Shown here: piece after piece, positions 1 through 12,520 of the stretch
Layout of the letters: each line of letters begins with the position of its first letter
Position numbering within the stretch: the first letter of the stretch is position 1
Assembly: GCF_009914755.1 (NCBI RefSeq)
Contig: NC_060926.1
Source of the DNA: the human T2T-CHM13v2.0 reference genome, Homo sapiens
Reading direction: 5' to 3' (one strand)
Length of the DNA: 64,000 nt
The notes under the pieces: generated by a model
What the model was told of the DNA's origin: nothing
Databases searched by the model: none
What the model saw: the letters and a program-made list of their open reading frames with translations, nothing else
Program-made: the position numbers and the translations under genes

Positions 1-289
1 TTTTCCAGCCCCCCACACCAGGCTCTCCACGTGCTGAGTCCTGAACACAGCGGCCTTCTTCCTCCACAAATTCACCTGGATCATGGAGTCTCCTGTATTT
101 TTCTTAACTTCATGTGCATGGTGCAGTTCAACATGTTCTTCTGTCCTCTGAGTTTCCTGCCTAGGGCATCCTGGACTCCGGGCTTCAGAAGGATTGCGTC
201 CCACACCTAAGGCCTGCCTTTCATGGGGCCAAGTGTTTCCATGAGGAAGCACGTCATGTTTGGGATATTTTGGTGGTGTTATCAGTGGT

Positions 290-970
290 TGCTGCTCAGT
301 GACTAGATAAATGGATTCTGTGGAGATTACAAAATGCTGACGTTCTAATTCAATCACTTAATTTTTCCTTATTAGATGGAATATTTTTACAAGGAGAAGC
401 TTCCCTCACCTGCACGATTTGGTCTCTGGTAGACTTCATGTGGGAAAGGCAGAATAAGTACTTGGTTCTTTCCTTTTTTTAACTGTTGTCAAGATAATTA
501 GTTTCCTATCATCCTTCAAAGGTGACCGTTTAATTTTTTAAAAAGTTTTCTAATGAGGTGGATTTAAACATATTCATTAGGTTTCTATGCATTATCATTA
601 TCTTCCTAATTGAAGCTCAAGCTGTTCCATCTTTGGGTGGTGGGGCCTCTTCAGGGTGAACCTTGTGTCTTCAAGATGACGCCAGTAGTCTTTGATAGCT
701 TTCTTTCCATTTGGTATGTCACGATGTCCCGGGCTCATTTTGTACCCTTCTGCTCCAGTTTCCTGAGAAGTTCTAATTTGTTTTCCTGAGGAATGATATT
801 TCTGGACCACAATCTGGGGCTAGGGATGAATGTTGCCACTGCATTGGCATTGTTTCTAGGCTTTTTCAGTAAACACAGCCAGGAGATCAAACAAGATCAA
901 ACAAGTTATAAGTGCCTATTGATACTTCCCACCAAATTCAGGACCACAGGTTTTTCATGTAGTCTCTTAT
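290..970 (-). mobile_element. Ancient L1MC-like LINE-1 3' region remnant
   Basis: Segment ~620-860 (gggcctcttcagggtgaaccttgtgtc...gatgtcccgggctcattttgtac...gatatttctggaccacaatctgggg) resembles the antisense L1MC4/5 3' end and parallels 15230-15450; boundaries approximate. Confidence 0.5.
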
Positions 971-1305
971 TGTACTAGCCTGTTCTCATGCTGCTAATAG
1001 AGACATCCACAAGACTGGGCAATTTATAAAGGAAAAAGGTTTAATTGACTCACAGTTCCACATGGCTGGGGAGGCCTCACGATTACAGCTAAAGGTGAAT
1101 AAGGAGCAAAGTCATGTTTTACATGGTGGCAAGCAAGAGAATGTGTGCAAGGGGAAGTCCACTATTCACTATCATGAGAACAGCATGGGAAAAACCCACC
1201 CTCATGATTAAATACCTCCTACCGGGTCCCTCCCATGACAGGTGGCAATTATGCAAGCTACAATTCAAGAAGAGATTTGGCTGGGGACACAGCCAAACTG
1301 TATCA
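971..1305 (-). mobile_element. THE1-family (MaLR) solo LTR
   Basis: Starts tgtactagcctgttctcatgctgct, ends ggggacacagccaaactgtatca (reverse complement of THE1 LTR termini); perfect 5-bp TSD cttat at 966-970 and 1306-1310. Confidence 0.93.
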
Positions 1306-2039
1306 CTTATATAGTTCACATCTACTTTCTTCTGTTTAAAAAAATCTATCAAGGACTGTGCAGATGATTTATTTAAAATATCCCATAATTACTTTCTTTT
1401 TGCTTTAGCCCTAAAAAGTGTATTAGTCTCAAAATGACAGTACTAAATATTACCACCATCAATATGATTACGGAGAAGTTTCAAAATTATTTTTCCAATT
1501 GGTTGTCTGGTTCTTCCTTCATTTTTATGGTTGAACTATAGTTATATTGTCAAAGGATATAACCATTAAATATGATCCTTTCTACCTTTTACCCATATGT
1601 AGTGTAATGTCTATGAGGAGCTGTCTGTTTAATGATGATATAGTCTTTCCATTCAAATCTGCTTTGTGATTTTGATTCACAGAAGCTCACTGTCTAGAAG
1701 GCTCCTCAAGAAAAACTTATGGGAACACATTCCCTGAGGCTTGAGGGTGTTTTTTGGCTGGATATAAAAATCCTTGGTTCACATTTCTTTCAGGATCTTA
1801 CAAAGCTCACTGCACTTTTATGTACAAATTTCCACCAAGCCAGGCTGTCCGGGATTCCCTCAGCTCTCTCCCCTGAACCTCCATGTCCTGGACCCACCTG
1901 CCTGCCCTCCTTCCCAGGTCTATCTGGACAAACCTATCTCCCAAATTCCCCACATTTTCTTTGAGTGTTCCCACTCTCCTTGCCTTGACTGACACCTGGC
2001 ACATTCTGTGGCTCTCCTCCATCCTCCCGCCAGTCTCTC

Positions 2040-2203
2040 AAAGAGACTTGTCTCTTTGCTCACAGAACCAATGAGGTGAGAAACCGCCCTGCTTTGTTCA
2101 CTCGTGTTACACTAATACTCAGCAACACATGGGGCAATAGTTAGCTGCCTACTGAATGTGTTAATTGAACAAATGAGTGAATGAATGAATGAATGAATGA
2201 ATA
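2040..2203 (+). mobile_element. L2 LINE 3' end with (AATG)n tail
   Basis: ctttgttcactcgtgtta...tgaatgtgtt followed by tgaatgaatgaatgaatgaat, the typical L2 terminus. Confidence 0.6.
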
Positions 2204-2312
2204 AGGATGTTCAACAAGCAAAATCTAAGAAAAACTAAAGCAGTTTCAAAAGAGGGAAAGAAAGAAAAAGTAATTGTCAGAGTGATCCCTGGAATTAAGA
2301 ACTAAGGCTTAC

Positions 2313-2376
2313 CTCAAAGCGAGCAGCCTGTGTGGTGCCGTACATTGATAGAAGCTGATGCCAGAAAGGGAGGAAC
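2313..2376 (-). other. Candidate internal exon (64 nt) of an unidentified minus-strand transcript
   Basis: Minus strand: ttttttaacggtacttctgcag|GTTCCT...GCTTTGAG|gtaagc; no repeat recognised; retains CpGs. Confidence 0.45.
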
Positions 2377-2927
2377 CTGCAGAAGTACCGTTAAAAAAAA
2401 GTAGATTTTAGAACCCTAAATTTCATTCCAATTCATCTTCATTACTTCACCTCTTTTCACCTCTGGCTGTCTTCAAAGAAAACAAGGAGGAAAGTGAAAT
2501 CTCTATTAAAAAAGGACTTATCCACCACCCTTCAAGGAACTGGGTGAATTTCAGGAGGGTTTCCCATGGCTCCCCTCCTCTTCTGTCACCTTATTTGGGT
2601 TTTCCTCTGGTTTAACCCTCACCATGGAATACTCTATTTTGTAGTGATTTGACATATGGCTGATTTTCCCCAAAGAGAATGAATTATTTATCTTTCTATG
2701 CTTTGCACACCCAAGAATAACATATTCTATAAAATAAGTACTCAAAGTGTATTGAGTTGAAGAATGCTGAATCCTGATAATTGTTTGCATTGTCATTAGA
2801 AACATGGAGTATATTTGAAGAAGCAGAGGAGGCACAGACCAAAAGTTCTGATAATCTGGCTCCTCACGTACTTATATACATTTATATTTAAAAAATAGAC
2901 ACACTGAGACTCTCCTTGCACACTCAC

Positions 2928-2998
2928 CAGCTCGGAAATGAGAGGAATTTTTTCATGATCAAGCAATTTAAATGGGGATTTGAGAAAAATATATTAAT
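2928..2998 (-). other. Candidate internal exon (71 nt) of an unidentified minus-strand transcript
   Basis: Minus strand: cctttctgtgttccaaag|ATTAAT...CCGAGCTG|gtgagt; 551 nt from the 2313-2376 candidate. Confidence 0.4.
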
Positions 2999-5289
2999 CT
3001 TTGGAACACAGAAAGGTCACTATCAATCCTCTAAACTCCACTTGGGCATATTGAATTAATGATCTCTTGGGGGTTAACTTATTTCAGGAGAAGATGGAAA
3101 AAATTTATAAAAAATAAAACTAAGGCAATTTAGAACACCGAAGAAACAATTTAAAGAATATAAAGAGAAGAAAGTCCTCATACTAAGCAGTCAAGACTGA
3201 TGTCTTGAACAATATAATTCTTTTGCTAATGTTGACCTACAGTGAATTATTATTTGTCACGGTTATTTCACCAATAATAGGACAGAGGAATAAATACATA
3301 CAATATGTCAAAAATACATTTTTAAAATTTTAACAATTTTTAAATTATTAAAATTAAGAATAAAATGTGATTATCCTATGCTCAAGTTTAACTTTTTGTT
3401 CAACTCTAAAACTAAAACATTTTAAATACAAGCATCCACTGCCCTTTAATGTTTATTTTATATTTTGTATATTAACACACACATACCATTTTTTATTTTC
3501 CCTAATTCTCTTCAACGGATTTTACCAATTTTTGGTGGAGAAAGGGAACAGAGAAGGAACTCATCTGTGCATATAGGATATTTTTAAAGTAGATTTGCTC
3601 TCTTATCAGGAATTTTTATTGAAATTTAGTCCTTATGCTTTTTAGTTAAATTATCATTCGATTCTATTCCAAATGTGCTTAGTACTAATTTTTCTCTAAT
3701 TCTTAATTACTGTCATGTTCAGCACTGAGGATAAATTTGGTTTTCCAAGTTTGTTTTTATTTTTGCAATAACTTCCACTTATATTTAGTAAATTTTCTGA
3801 ACAATATTGATGAATATTTATCTTCATATAAGCATTAAAACTGTTTTTCGTGTTATGTTTATAGCCACTATACAGTTTATTTCATATAGCTGTAGCCTCC
3901 TGCTGGACATGAAGAGAGTTCCCTAAATATTTCATGCATGATGACTTTGTAAACCTGTGTTAATCACTTTCCTGTTTCTTAAAATTTGGCTAGAGCCTGT
4001 CTGACAACAACATGAATGGGACAGAGTGTCTTTATTATTAACCACAATTTCTTCTTCTGATGTCTGTATCTCTTTTCTCTTTTCCTCATTTACTCTGGAC
4101 TAGAACAAAATGAAATTTTCTTGTTGTCACAATATTCTCTCCATTAATAAATTCCCATGGGTGCCTCCATTGTTCCTTCTGTGCCTCTGAGGTCTTCATT
4201 GCCAGCGTACACCTGAGCTAGGCCTATTACCATCAGTAACCTCTCCCGAAATCCTCCTCTCATGCTTACTTTTAGCTTGTTTCTTTTTTTGTCATTATTA
4301 CACCTTATTAGCTTCTCTCTCTACCAGAAAGTTTACTTCATGCATCTTTTCTTGCTTTTTTGTATTTTCTTTGTCCACTGCATTGTCATTGCGACTTTCT
4401 TGTTTAGTTACAGAAAGCTTAACTTCCAAGCGTGCGTCGCTTCCTTTAAAGAATAATAGGAAGGAAACTATAATACAAATTTTCTTTCTTCCTTACAGAT
4501 AATTTGATTTTTCTTCCTCAATAGACACCTGACACCCAAATTTCCCACATGTGGCACTGTCTTTGCTGTGAGAGTGGGGCCCTGTGGACAGGGACAGACT
4601 GCCTGGCTCTGACAGGCTCTGGGAGCGGATCACAGGCACCACCTCTGTGGGTTAGTGGGAAGGCAGAGTGGTGCCTTCATCCATGCCTCTAGGTACTCTG
4701 CAGATGAGCACTTTCTCTTCTGAACTACTTTCCTTCAGTGATCAATCACAACTTGTAATCACTTGGGGTCAAATATGTCAGGCAAAATCATCCTGTTCTA
4801 CTGCATGTGAACAACTCAGAACCCAATTACGAAACCCCCTCTCTCTGCTTTCATAACTTCTAACCTCACTGCCAAGTTTTGCCAAAGCTGTGGCTCATTG
4901 AATGCTCATGCTCACGTGTTTCAATAGTAATAATAAATATCACATATACAAGACAGTCCAGTCCCTCCATTGTTTTTACATGATGTGTTCCCGTGTCTGC
5001 AAGAATCATTAGTTGATGTCAACTGGAGTCCTACAGAGAGAAAGTTCTGGTATTGCAAATGAGAATTCCCCCATGCACTAACGATCATAAGAAAAGCCAG
5101 AAGATAAAACAGGCCACACTGATTTATTAAGAAATAAAGTATTTCTTAATTTATATAAATTCTTAGGCAAATATAAAAGCACAAAGTTGTTTTATCCCAG
5201 CTGGGCACTTTTAACTAACTTACTTTACAGTATTGATTTATTGAGCCACTGCAATATTCCAGATATTTAGATATAAAAAGTCTGGAAAA

Positions 5290-5457
5290 ACAATAATAAC
5301 AACCATTTATAGAATAGTTTTAAGTGCTATATATTGTGGTAGGCACTTTACATCTATTAATTGTCTCATTTTCTCCTCACATAAGAGCTGCGAGGTGTGT
5401 AGTGTAACAGCCATATAATAGTTGAGAAAATGGAAATAAAGAGGAATCATAAAATGC
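5290..5457 (-). mobile_element. MIR SINE remnant, interrupted by L1
   Basis: aataataacaaccatttatag...aggcactttacat...ctcattttctcctcacataag...gttgagaaaatgg, antisense MIR core pattern. Confidence 0.6.
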
Positions 5458-5467
5458 AAACAAGTTA

Positions 5468-5915
5468 TTTCTCCACATCCTCTCCAGCACCTGTTGTTTC
5501 CTGACTTTTTAATGATCACCAGTCTAACTGGCATGAGATGGTGTCTCATTGTGGTTTTGATTTGCATTTCTCTAATGACAAGTGATGATGAGCTTTTTTT
5601 CATGTTTCTTGGGCACATAAATGTCTTCTTTGGAGAAGTGTCTGTTCATATCATTTGCTCACTATTTGATGGCTTTTTTTGTTGTTGTTGTAAATTTGTT
5701 TAAGTTCCTTGTAGATTCTGGATATTAGCCCTTTGTCAGATGGATAGATTGAAAAAATTTTCTCCCATTCTGTAGGTTGCCTGTTCACTCTGATGATAGT
5801 CCCTTTTGCTGTGCACAGTTGATGGGTGCAGCAAAGCACCATGGCACGTGTATACCTATGTAACAAACCTGCACATTCTGCACATGTATCCCAGAACTTA
5901 AAGTGTAATTAAAAA
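5468..5915 (+). mobile_element. 5'-truncated, 5'-inverted L1PA (L1PA7-like) insertion
   Basis: Antisense late-ORF2 block 5468-~5815 (ORF track [20 protein letters not shown]) joined to a sense 3'UTR end ~5819-5915 plus A-tail; TSD aaacaagtta at 5458-5467 and 5916-5925. Confidence 0.92.
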
Positions 5916-6307
5916 AAACAAGTTAATTGACTGATAATTTAGTTTAAAACCAAACCCATTTAGATTTTATTCCTTGGATAGATATTTCTCTAAGACAAGA
6001 TCTACGGAATAAACTTTGTGTGTAGTATTTTAAATATTTCACTGAATATACAATTATCCAAGTAAAAATCAGGTATCTCTCAAATTATTCAACCCAAAGA
6101 ATGACCTGAGTTTATTTACAAAGTAATTTTCTAAACAGTTAAATATTTTTATTAAAAAATCTAATTATAACTGCAGCAAGAAGAGAAAGTGTGTACCCTC
6201 ATGTTGAATTTTGTTTTTAATTCATTGTCATAATTGACACAAAAAAATTGGAGTTCTCTGTGTGTGTATTTGAAAACTACAGCTTATTTTTCTAACTTAG
6301 ACTATCA

Positions 6308-6484
<177 letters not shown>

Positions 6485-6722
6485 TTACATTTCAATACTC
6501 CACAACCAATTGTAAATGCATTTCTGTCCTATAGGCTTCTTTTCTCCCCCTTCAGCTTTGTTATGGTTTAATTGACAACATTTATGTGTGTTTATGTATA
6601 ACAAAATTTCTTAATTTAGTACCTACGTTGTATTATGCCAGGCTCCATCAACATGTACACTATTAATATCACTGAAAATATAAATAATTTTTTGCAATGT
6701 TTAACCTTTTCACCAAATTTAC

Positions 6723-6873
6723 CGATTTCTTGCTTTCTCTACTTGAGGCATCTATGACACTGAAGTAAAACTGGCTTCCTGCAGCCGTTTGCAAAGTGTT
6801 TCTTCAGCTAATGAAACTGGAACAATGGCAGTGATTGCTTCACTTCTCGTACATGCACAGGGAAGCTTGGAAT
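6723..6873 (-). other. Candidate exon (151 nt), minus strand
   Basis: Acceptor attaatttatctctcag|ATTCC; moderate donor AATCG|gtaaat; higher-GC segment inside AT-rich flanks. Confidence 0.3.
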
Positions 6874-7004
6874 CTGAGAGATAAATTAATTTATAACACT
6901 TTTTTGATCTAAAGGAAATGTTCCGCTTCGCTGAGTGACATGTCACACACTTTCTGCAGTCACACATAGTACATTATTGTCTTTAGGCACAGATTTCATG
7001 TTCA

Positions 7005-7305
7005 TCAAGTTCATGGAAGACAAAGAGAAAGTGAGGAATTGTCACAGATTAGAGGAAGCATGGGAGACATGAAAAGTATACACAGTGTATGTGGGGCGTT
7101 AGGACAAGAAAAGGGCTGTGGGGGAACCGGGAAATTACGGATAAAGCCTGTTAGTAGTATTACACCTTGTTAACTTCCCGGCTTGGATAATGGACTCATG
7201 ATTATACAACTTGTTAATATTAGGGACAGATGGGTGAAGGGCATAAGGTCACTCTCAAGTTCTACAACTTTGTTGTAAATCAAAATTTATTTCAAATAAA
7301 AAGCA
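7005..7305 (+). mobile_element. Ancient L1MC/L1ME 3' end
   Basis: gaagacaaagagaaagtgaggaattgtcacagattagagg...tgggtgaagggcataagg...caactttgttgtaaatcaaaatttatttcaaataaaaag. Confidence 0.65.
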
Positions 7306-7527
7306 ATTAAAAACATCTGAATATTTCAAAGAGATACAACAGTTTTCTTAGAAGATTTGTGCCTTATGAATTTTATATGCTTAGTGACATCACTGACGTT
7401 CCTTTATTAGATAGAAATTTTGGCAAACATAGTGTAAAAGTTACACAATTGTCATTGAACTTCTTGAGAAAAATGTTTATTTTTTCATTAAACAGACTCT
7501 TATATGATATATTTCCCCCTTTTCATT

Positions 7528-7548
7528 TTTCTTCTTTCCTTTCTTCTC

Positions 7549-7601
<53 letters not shown>

Positions 7602-7615
7602 TTTCTTCTTTTCTC
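7528..7615. repeat. (TTTC)n microsatellite
   Basis: About 12 perfect TTTC units at 7551-7600 with degenerate pyrimidine flanks. Confidence 0.95.
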
Positions 7616-8289
7616 TGGTTAAAGAATAACTGCAAAACAGGTCTATTGCAAAATTTAAAAATTATTATTAAATATGAAATAAATGGCTAAATATTTACAT
7701 AACAAAATGAATGCCAGAACAATTGTAGTAAAGTTATCCAGACCACCCTCTAAATTTAGTACAGCACTTTGATTTTTTTATGCATACTTCACATTTACCC
7801 AACCATAATACAATCTCACCCCACTTAGTTTGTAGTAGGCATTGGGTGTTTTAGGGCCTCCCACTGCCAGGACACTAGCTGGAACAGGAGGTGGTCAGCA
7901 AGGGCTGCATCTCTGACCACATCTTCAACCACCACCCAGACCAAAGGGCCAGCTTTCCCCAGCTTCTCTCATCTAAAAACACTTAGTTTTATTCATGGGC
8001 ATGCTGACCTTGAAAAATAGCTATTATTTCTACTGTATTAGAGAGTGTTGAACAAAGAGAATGGGTTACAGCTGGTCATCTGTCAGATTTAACCACATGT
8101 GAACATAGAAAATCTATCCATCTTGCATGCACTACAGACATTTCCTCGTGAGGCCAAGGTGGTAGCTGTAGTTACAAAGTGGATGGCCACCCCATCCATC
8201 CTGCTTGTATTCAAGTAAGAATAATAACACCTCACTACGATGAAAGTTTCCAGGAATCCAGATAAAGCAAAATGATATTGAGAAAACAG

Positions 8290-11200
8290 GACATGATCCA
8301 ACTCTCATGTTCTACTTACGGAAAACTCACCTTATCCATAAAGACACATACGGAATGAAAGTAAGGGGATAGAAAAATATATTCCACACAAATGGAAACC
8401 AAAAGTGAGCAGGACTTCCTATACTAATATCAGATAAAAGAGACTTTAAATCAACAACATTAAAAGAAGACAAAGAAAGTCATTATATAAATATATGAGT
8501 ATCAATTTAGCAAGACAATATAACATTCCTAAATATGTGTGCACCCAAAATGAAAGCACTCACATTCATAAAACAAATATTACAACATCGAAATAATGAG
8601 ATCGACAGCAACACAACAACAGTGGGTAATAGTGGGGGACTTCAATGCCCCACTCACAGGACTAGACAGACCATTGAAACGGAAAATCAGCAAAGAAACA
8701 CTTGGACTTAAACTGGACTTTTGAGCAAGTGGACTTAACAGACATTTACAGAACATTCAACCCAACAACTGCAGAACATACATTCTCCTCATCAGCCCAT
8801 GGAACTTTTTTAAAAAAAATTCTTCCAAAACAAAACAAAACAAAAACAAACAAACAAAAAAACTGGGATACATGTGCAGAACGTGCAGGTTTGTTACATA
8901 GGTAAACGGGTGCCATGGCAGTTTGCTGCACCCATTGACCTGTCCTCTAAGTTCCCTCCCCTCACCTCCATCCCCCAATAGGCCCTGGTGTGTGTTGTTC
9001 CCCTCTCTGTGTCCATGTGTTCTCAATGTCTGTGGAACATTTTTTAAGACACCATATGTTAGGCCACAAAACAAATATCAATACATTTTTAAAAATCAAA
9101 ACAAGTATCTTCTCAAACTACTGGTTTTATTACACTGTGGAATAAAACTAGAAATCAATACCAACAGGAATGTCAGAAACTCTACAAATACATGGAAATT
9201 TAACAACATGCTACTGAATGATCGCTGGGTCAACAAAAAAATTAGGAGGTAATTAAATGTGTTTTAAGACAAATAAAAATGGAAAGACAACATACTAAAC
9301 CTGTGGGATACAGAAAAAGCAGTGCTGAGAGGGAAGTTTACGGTATCAAATTCGTACATCAATAAGATAGAAAGATCACAAATTAACAACCCAATTTCTC
9401 ACCTCAGGGAACTAGAAAAACAAAAACAAACTAATCTCAAAGTTAGCAGAGAAAAATAAATAACAAAGATTGGAAAAGAATTAAATGAAATAGAGACCAA
9501 AAAAATACAAAAGATCAACAAAGTGAAAAGTTAATTATTTGAAAAGATAATATTTATAAACCATTTGGTAGATGAACCAAGAAAAACAGAGAGAGAAAAT
9601 CCAAATAAACAAATCAGAAATGAAAAAGAAGACATTGCAACTGATACCATAGGAATACAAAAGATCATCAGATACTATTATGAATAATTATAAGCTCACA
9701 AACTAGAAAACCTTGAAGAAATGGATAAGTTTATGGAAACTTACAATCTTTCAAGAGTGAACCAGAAAGAAATAAAAATTCAGAACTGACCAGGAACAAG
9801 AGTAACAAGTGGCATGATTGATCAGTAATAAAAAGTCTCCCCTAAACACCAACGAAAATATCCCAGGACCGGATAAATTCATAGCCAAATTCTACCAAAT
9901 GTAAAAAGAAGAAATATAAATCATCCTGAAACAGTTCCAAAAAATTAAGGAGGCAAGGATTCTTTCTAACTCATTCTATGAAGCCAGTATCACCTTGATA
10001 CTAAAACCAGACAAGAACACAACAAAAAAAGAAAATGGCAGACGAATATCCCTGATGAGCATAGATGAAAAAATCCTCAGCAAAATACTAGCAAACTGAG
10101 TGCAACAGCATGTCGAAATGATAATACACCATGATTAAGTGGGTTTTATTCCAGGTATGCAGGGATGGTCCAAAATACACAAATAAATAAAAAGGATACA
10201 TGATATACATAGAATTAAGGAAGAAATATAATCATCTCATAGACGTAGGAAAAACATTTGATAAAATTCAACATTTTTTCAGGATAAAAACCCTCAACAA
10301 ACTAGGTATAGAAGGAACATACCTCAAAATAATAAAGGCCATCTATGACAAATCCTCATCCAACATCCTACCATGGGGAAAATTTGAAAGTATTCCCTCT
10401 AAAACTGGAACAAAACAAGGATGCCTACTTTCACCATGCCTAGTCAACATAGTGCTGGAAGTCCTAGCCAAAGCAATCAGGCAGAAGAAAGAAAGAAAAG
10501 GCATCCAAATTGGAAAAGAGCAATTCAAATTATCAATTTTCTGATGATATTACCTTATATCTAGAAAACCCTAAACACACTACCAAAAATCTCTTAAATT
10601 TAATAAATAAATTTAATGAAGTTTCAGAATGCAAAATAAAGTACAAAATCAGTAATATTTCTATATACCAGTAATTATTAAGCTGGGAACTAAGTCAAGA
10701 AGGTAATTCCATTTACAATAGCTGAAAACTGAAACAAAATATCTGGAAATATGTTTAACCAAGGCAGTGAAAGATCTCTACAAGAAAAACAATAGAAGAT
10801 TATTGAAAGAAAATTGTTGATGACACAAACAAATAGAAAATTGTTGATGACACAAACAGAAAAACATCCACAAATCTACAGATTCAATGCAATCTTTATC
10901 AATCAAAATATCAACAAAATTTTTCACATAATTAGAGAAAAACTATTCTAAAATTCATATGAAACCAAAAAAGAGCCTGAATAGCCAAAGCAATCCTAAG
11001 CAAAAAGATCAAAGTTGGAAGCATCACATTACTTGACTTCAAATTATATTAAAAGTTATAGTAAATAAAACAGCATAGTACTGGTATAAAAATAGACATA
11101 TATGTGAATGAAACAAGATAGAGAACCCAGAAATAAAGCCACATATCTACAATCAACTGATCTTTGACAAAGTTGACAAGAACATGCAATGGAGAAAGAA

Positions 11201-12520
11201 CATTCTTCAATAAATGGTGCTGGGAAAATTGGATTGCTATATGCAGAACAATAAAACTGGATTTATCTCTCACCATATACAAAAATAACCCCAAGATGGA
11301 TTAAAGCTTTAAATATAGGACCTGAATCTATGGAAATACCAGAAGAAAATCTATGGAAAACTTTTCTGAACATTGGTCTAGGTGAAGAATTCATGACAAA
11401 GACCTCAAAAGCACAAGCAAAAACAACAACCAAAAAAAGACAAATAGGACTTGATTATACTAAAAAGCTTCTGCACAACAAAAGAAATAATCAACAGAGT
11501 GAACAGACAGTCTGCAAAGTAGGAGAAAATATTTGCAAACTATGCATCCAATAGGAAAGTAATCCAGAATTTAAAGTGAAATAAAACAACTAAACAAAAC
11601 TCTCCAAATAATCCCATTAAAAAGAGAGCAAAGGACACGAATAGATGTTTTTCAAAAGAAGACACACGAGTGGCCAAGAAGCATATGAAACAATGTTCAA
11701 CATCACTTATCATCAGCGAAGTGCAAATAAAAACCACAATGAAATATCATTTTACACCAGTCAGAATGACCAGTCAGAATGGCTATTATTAAGAAGACAA
11801 GAAACAATAGATGTTGGGGAGGATGTGGAAAAAAGGGAACACTTATTAAACATTGTTGATGGGAATGTAAATTAGTACAAACTGTATGGAAAATTGCGTG
11901 GAAATTTCTCAGGGAACTGAAAACAGAACTACCATTTGATCCTGTGATCCCACTACTGGGTATCTAGCCAGAAAAAAAGAAATAATTATATCAGAAAGAT
12001 ACCTGCACTTGTATATTTACTGCAGCAGTAATCACAATAGCAAAGATATGGAATCAACCCATGGGTGTATCAACGAATTATTGAATAAAAAATGTGGTAT
12101 ATATACACAATGAAATACTATTGGGCATTAAATATATAAAATTATGCCTTTTGCAGCAACATGAATAGAACTGGAGGCCACTGTCTTAAGTGAAACAACT
12201 CAGAAACAGAAAGACAAATACAAACGTTCTTGCTTATAAGTGGGAGCTGAATAATTTGTACAAATGAACATACTGATAGACACTGAAGAATTGGAAGGTC
12301 ATGGGTTAGAAGGAAGGTAGACGATGAGAGATGATTTAGTGAATATAATGTACATTATTTGGGTGATGGATACACAAAAATCTCAGACTTCACAGATGAG
12401 ATATCACTTTACACCAGTCAGAATGACCGGTCAGAATGGCTATTAGTAATATATACATATAACACAATTGCACTTGTACCCCATACATTTATGCAAATAA
12501 AAATAAATACACAAAATAAA
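8290..12520 (+). mobile_element. Old LINE-1 (L1MA1-3/L1PB4-like), ORF2 to 3' end, non-coding fossil
   Basis: ORF2 fragments in ORF track ([27 protein letters not shown]) with many stops and frameshifts; 3' end gggtgatggatacac...cacttgtaccccatacatttatgcaaataaaaa. Confidence 0.92.
8806..9026 (-). mobile_element. Short L1PA (L1PA8A/10-like) 3' fragment nested in the older L1
   Basis: gggatacatgtgcagaacgtgcaggtttgttacataggtaaac...cctctaagttccctcc; degenerate TSD (cccatggaac / tctgtggaac). Confidence 0.88.

Noticed and set aside
8089-8301. 70-aa minus ORF and a possible plus-strand exon (cactacag|...CAA|gtaaga)
   Set aside because: Weak splice context and no recognisable protein; consistent with chance.
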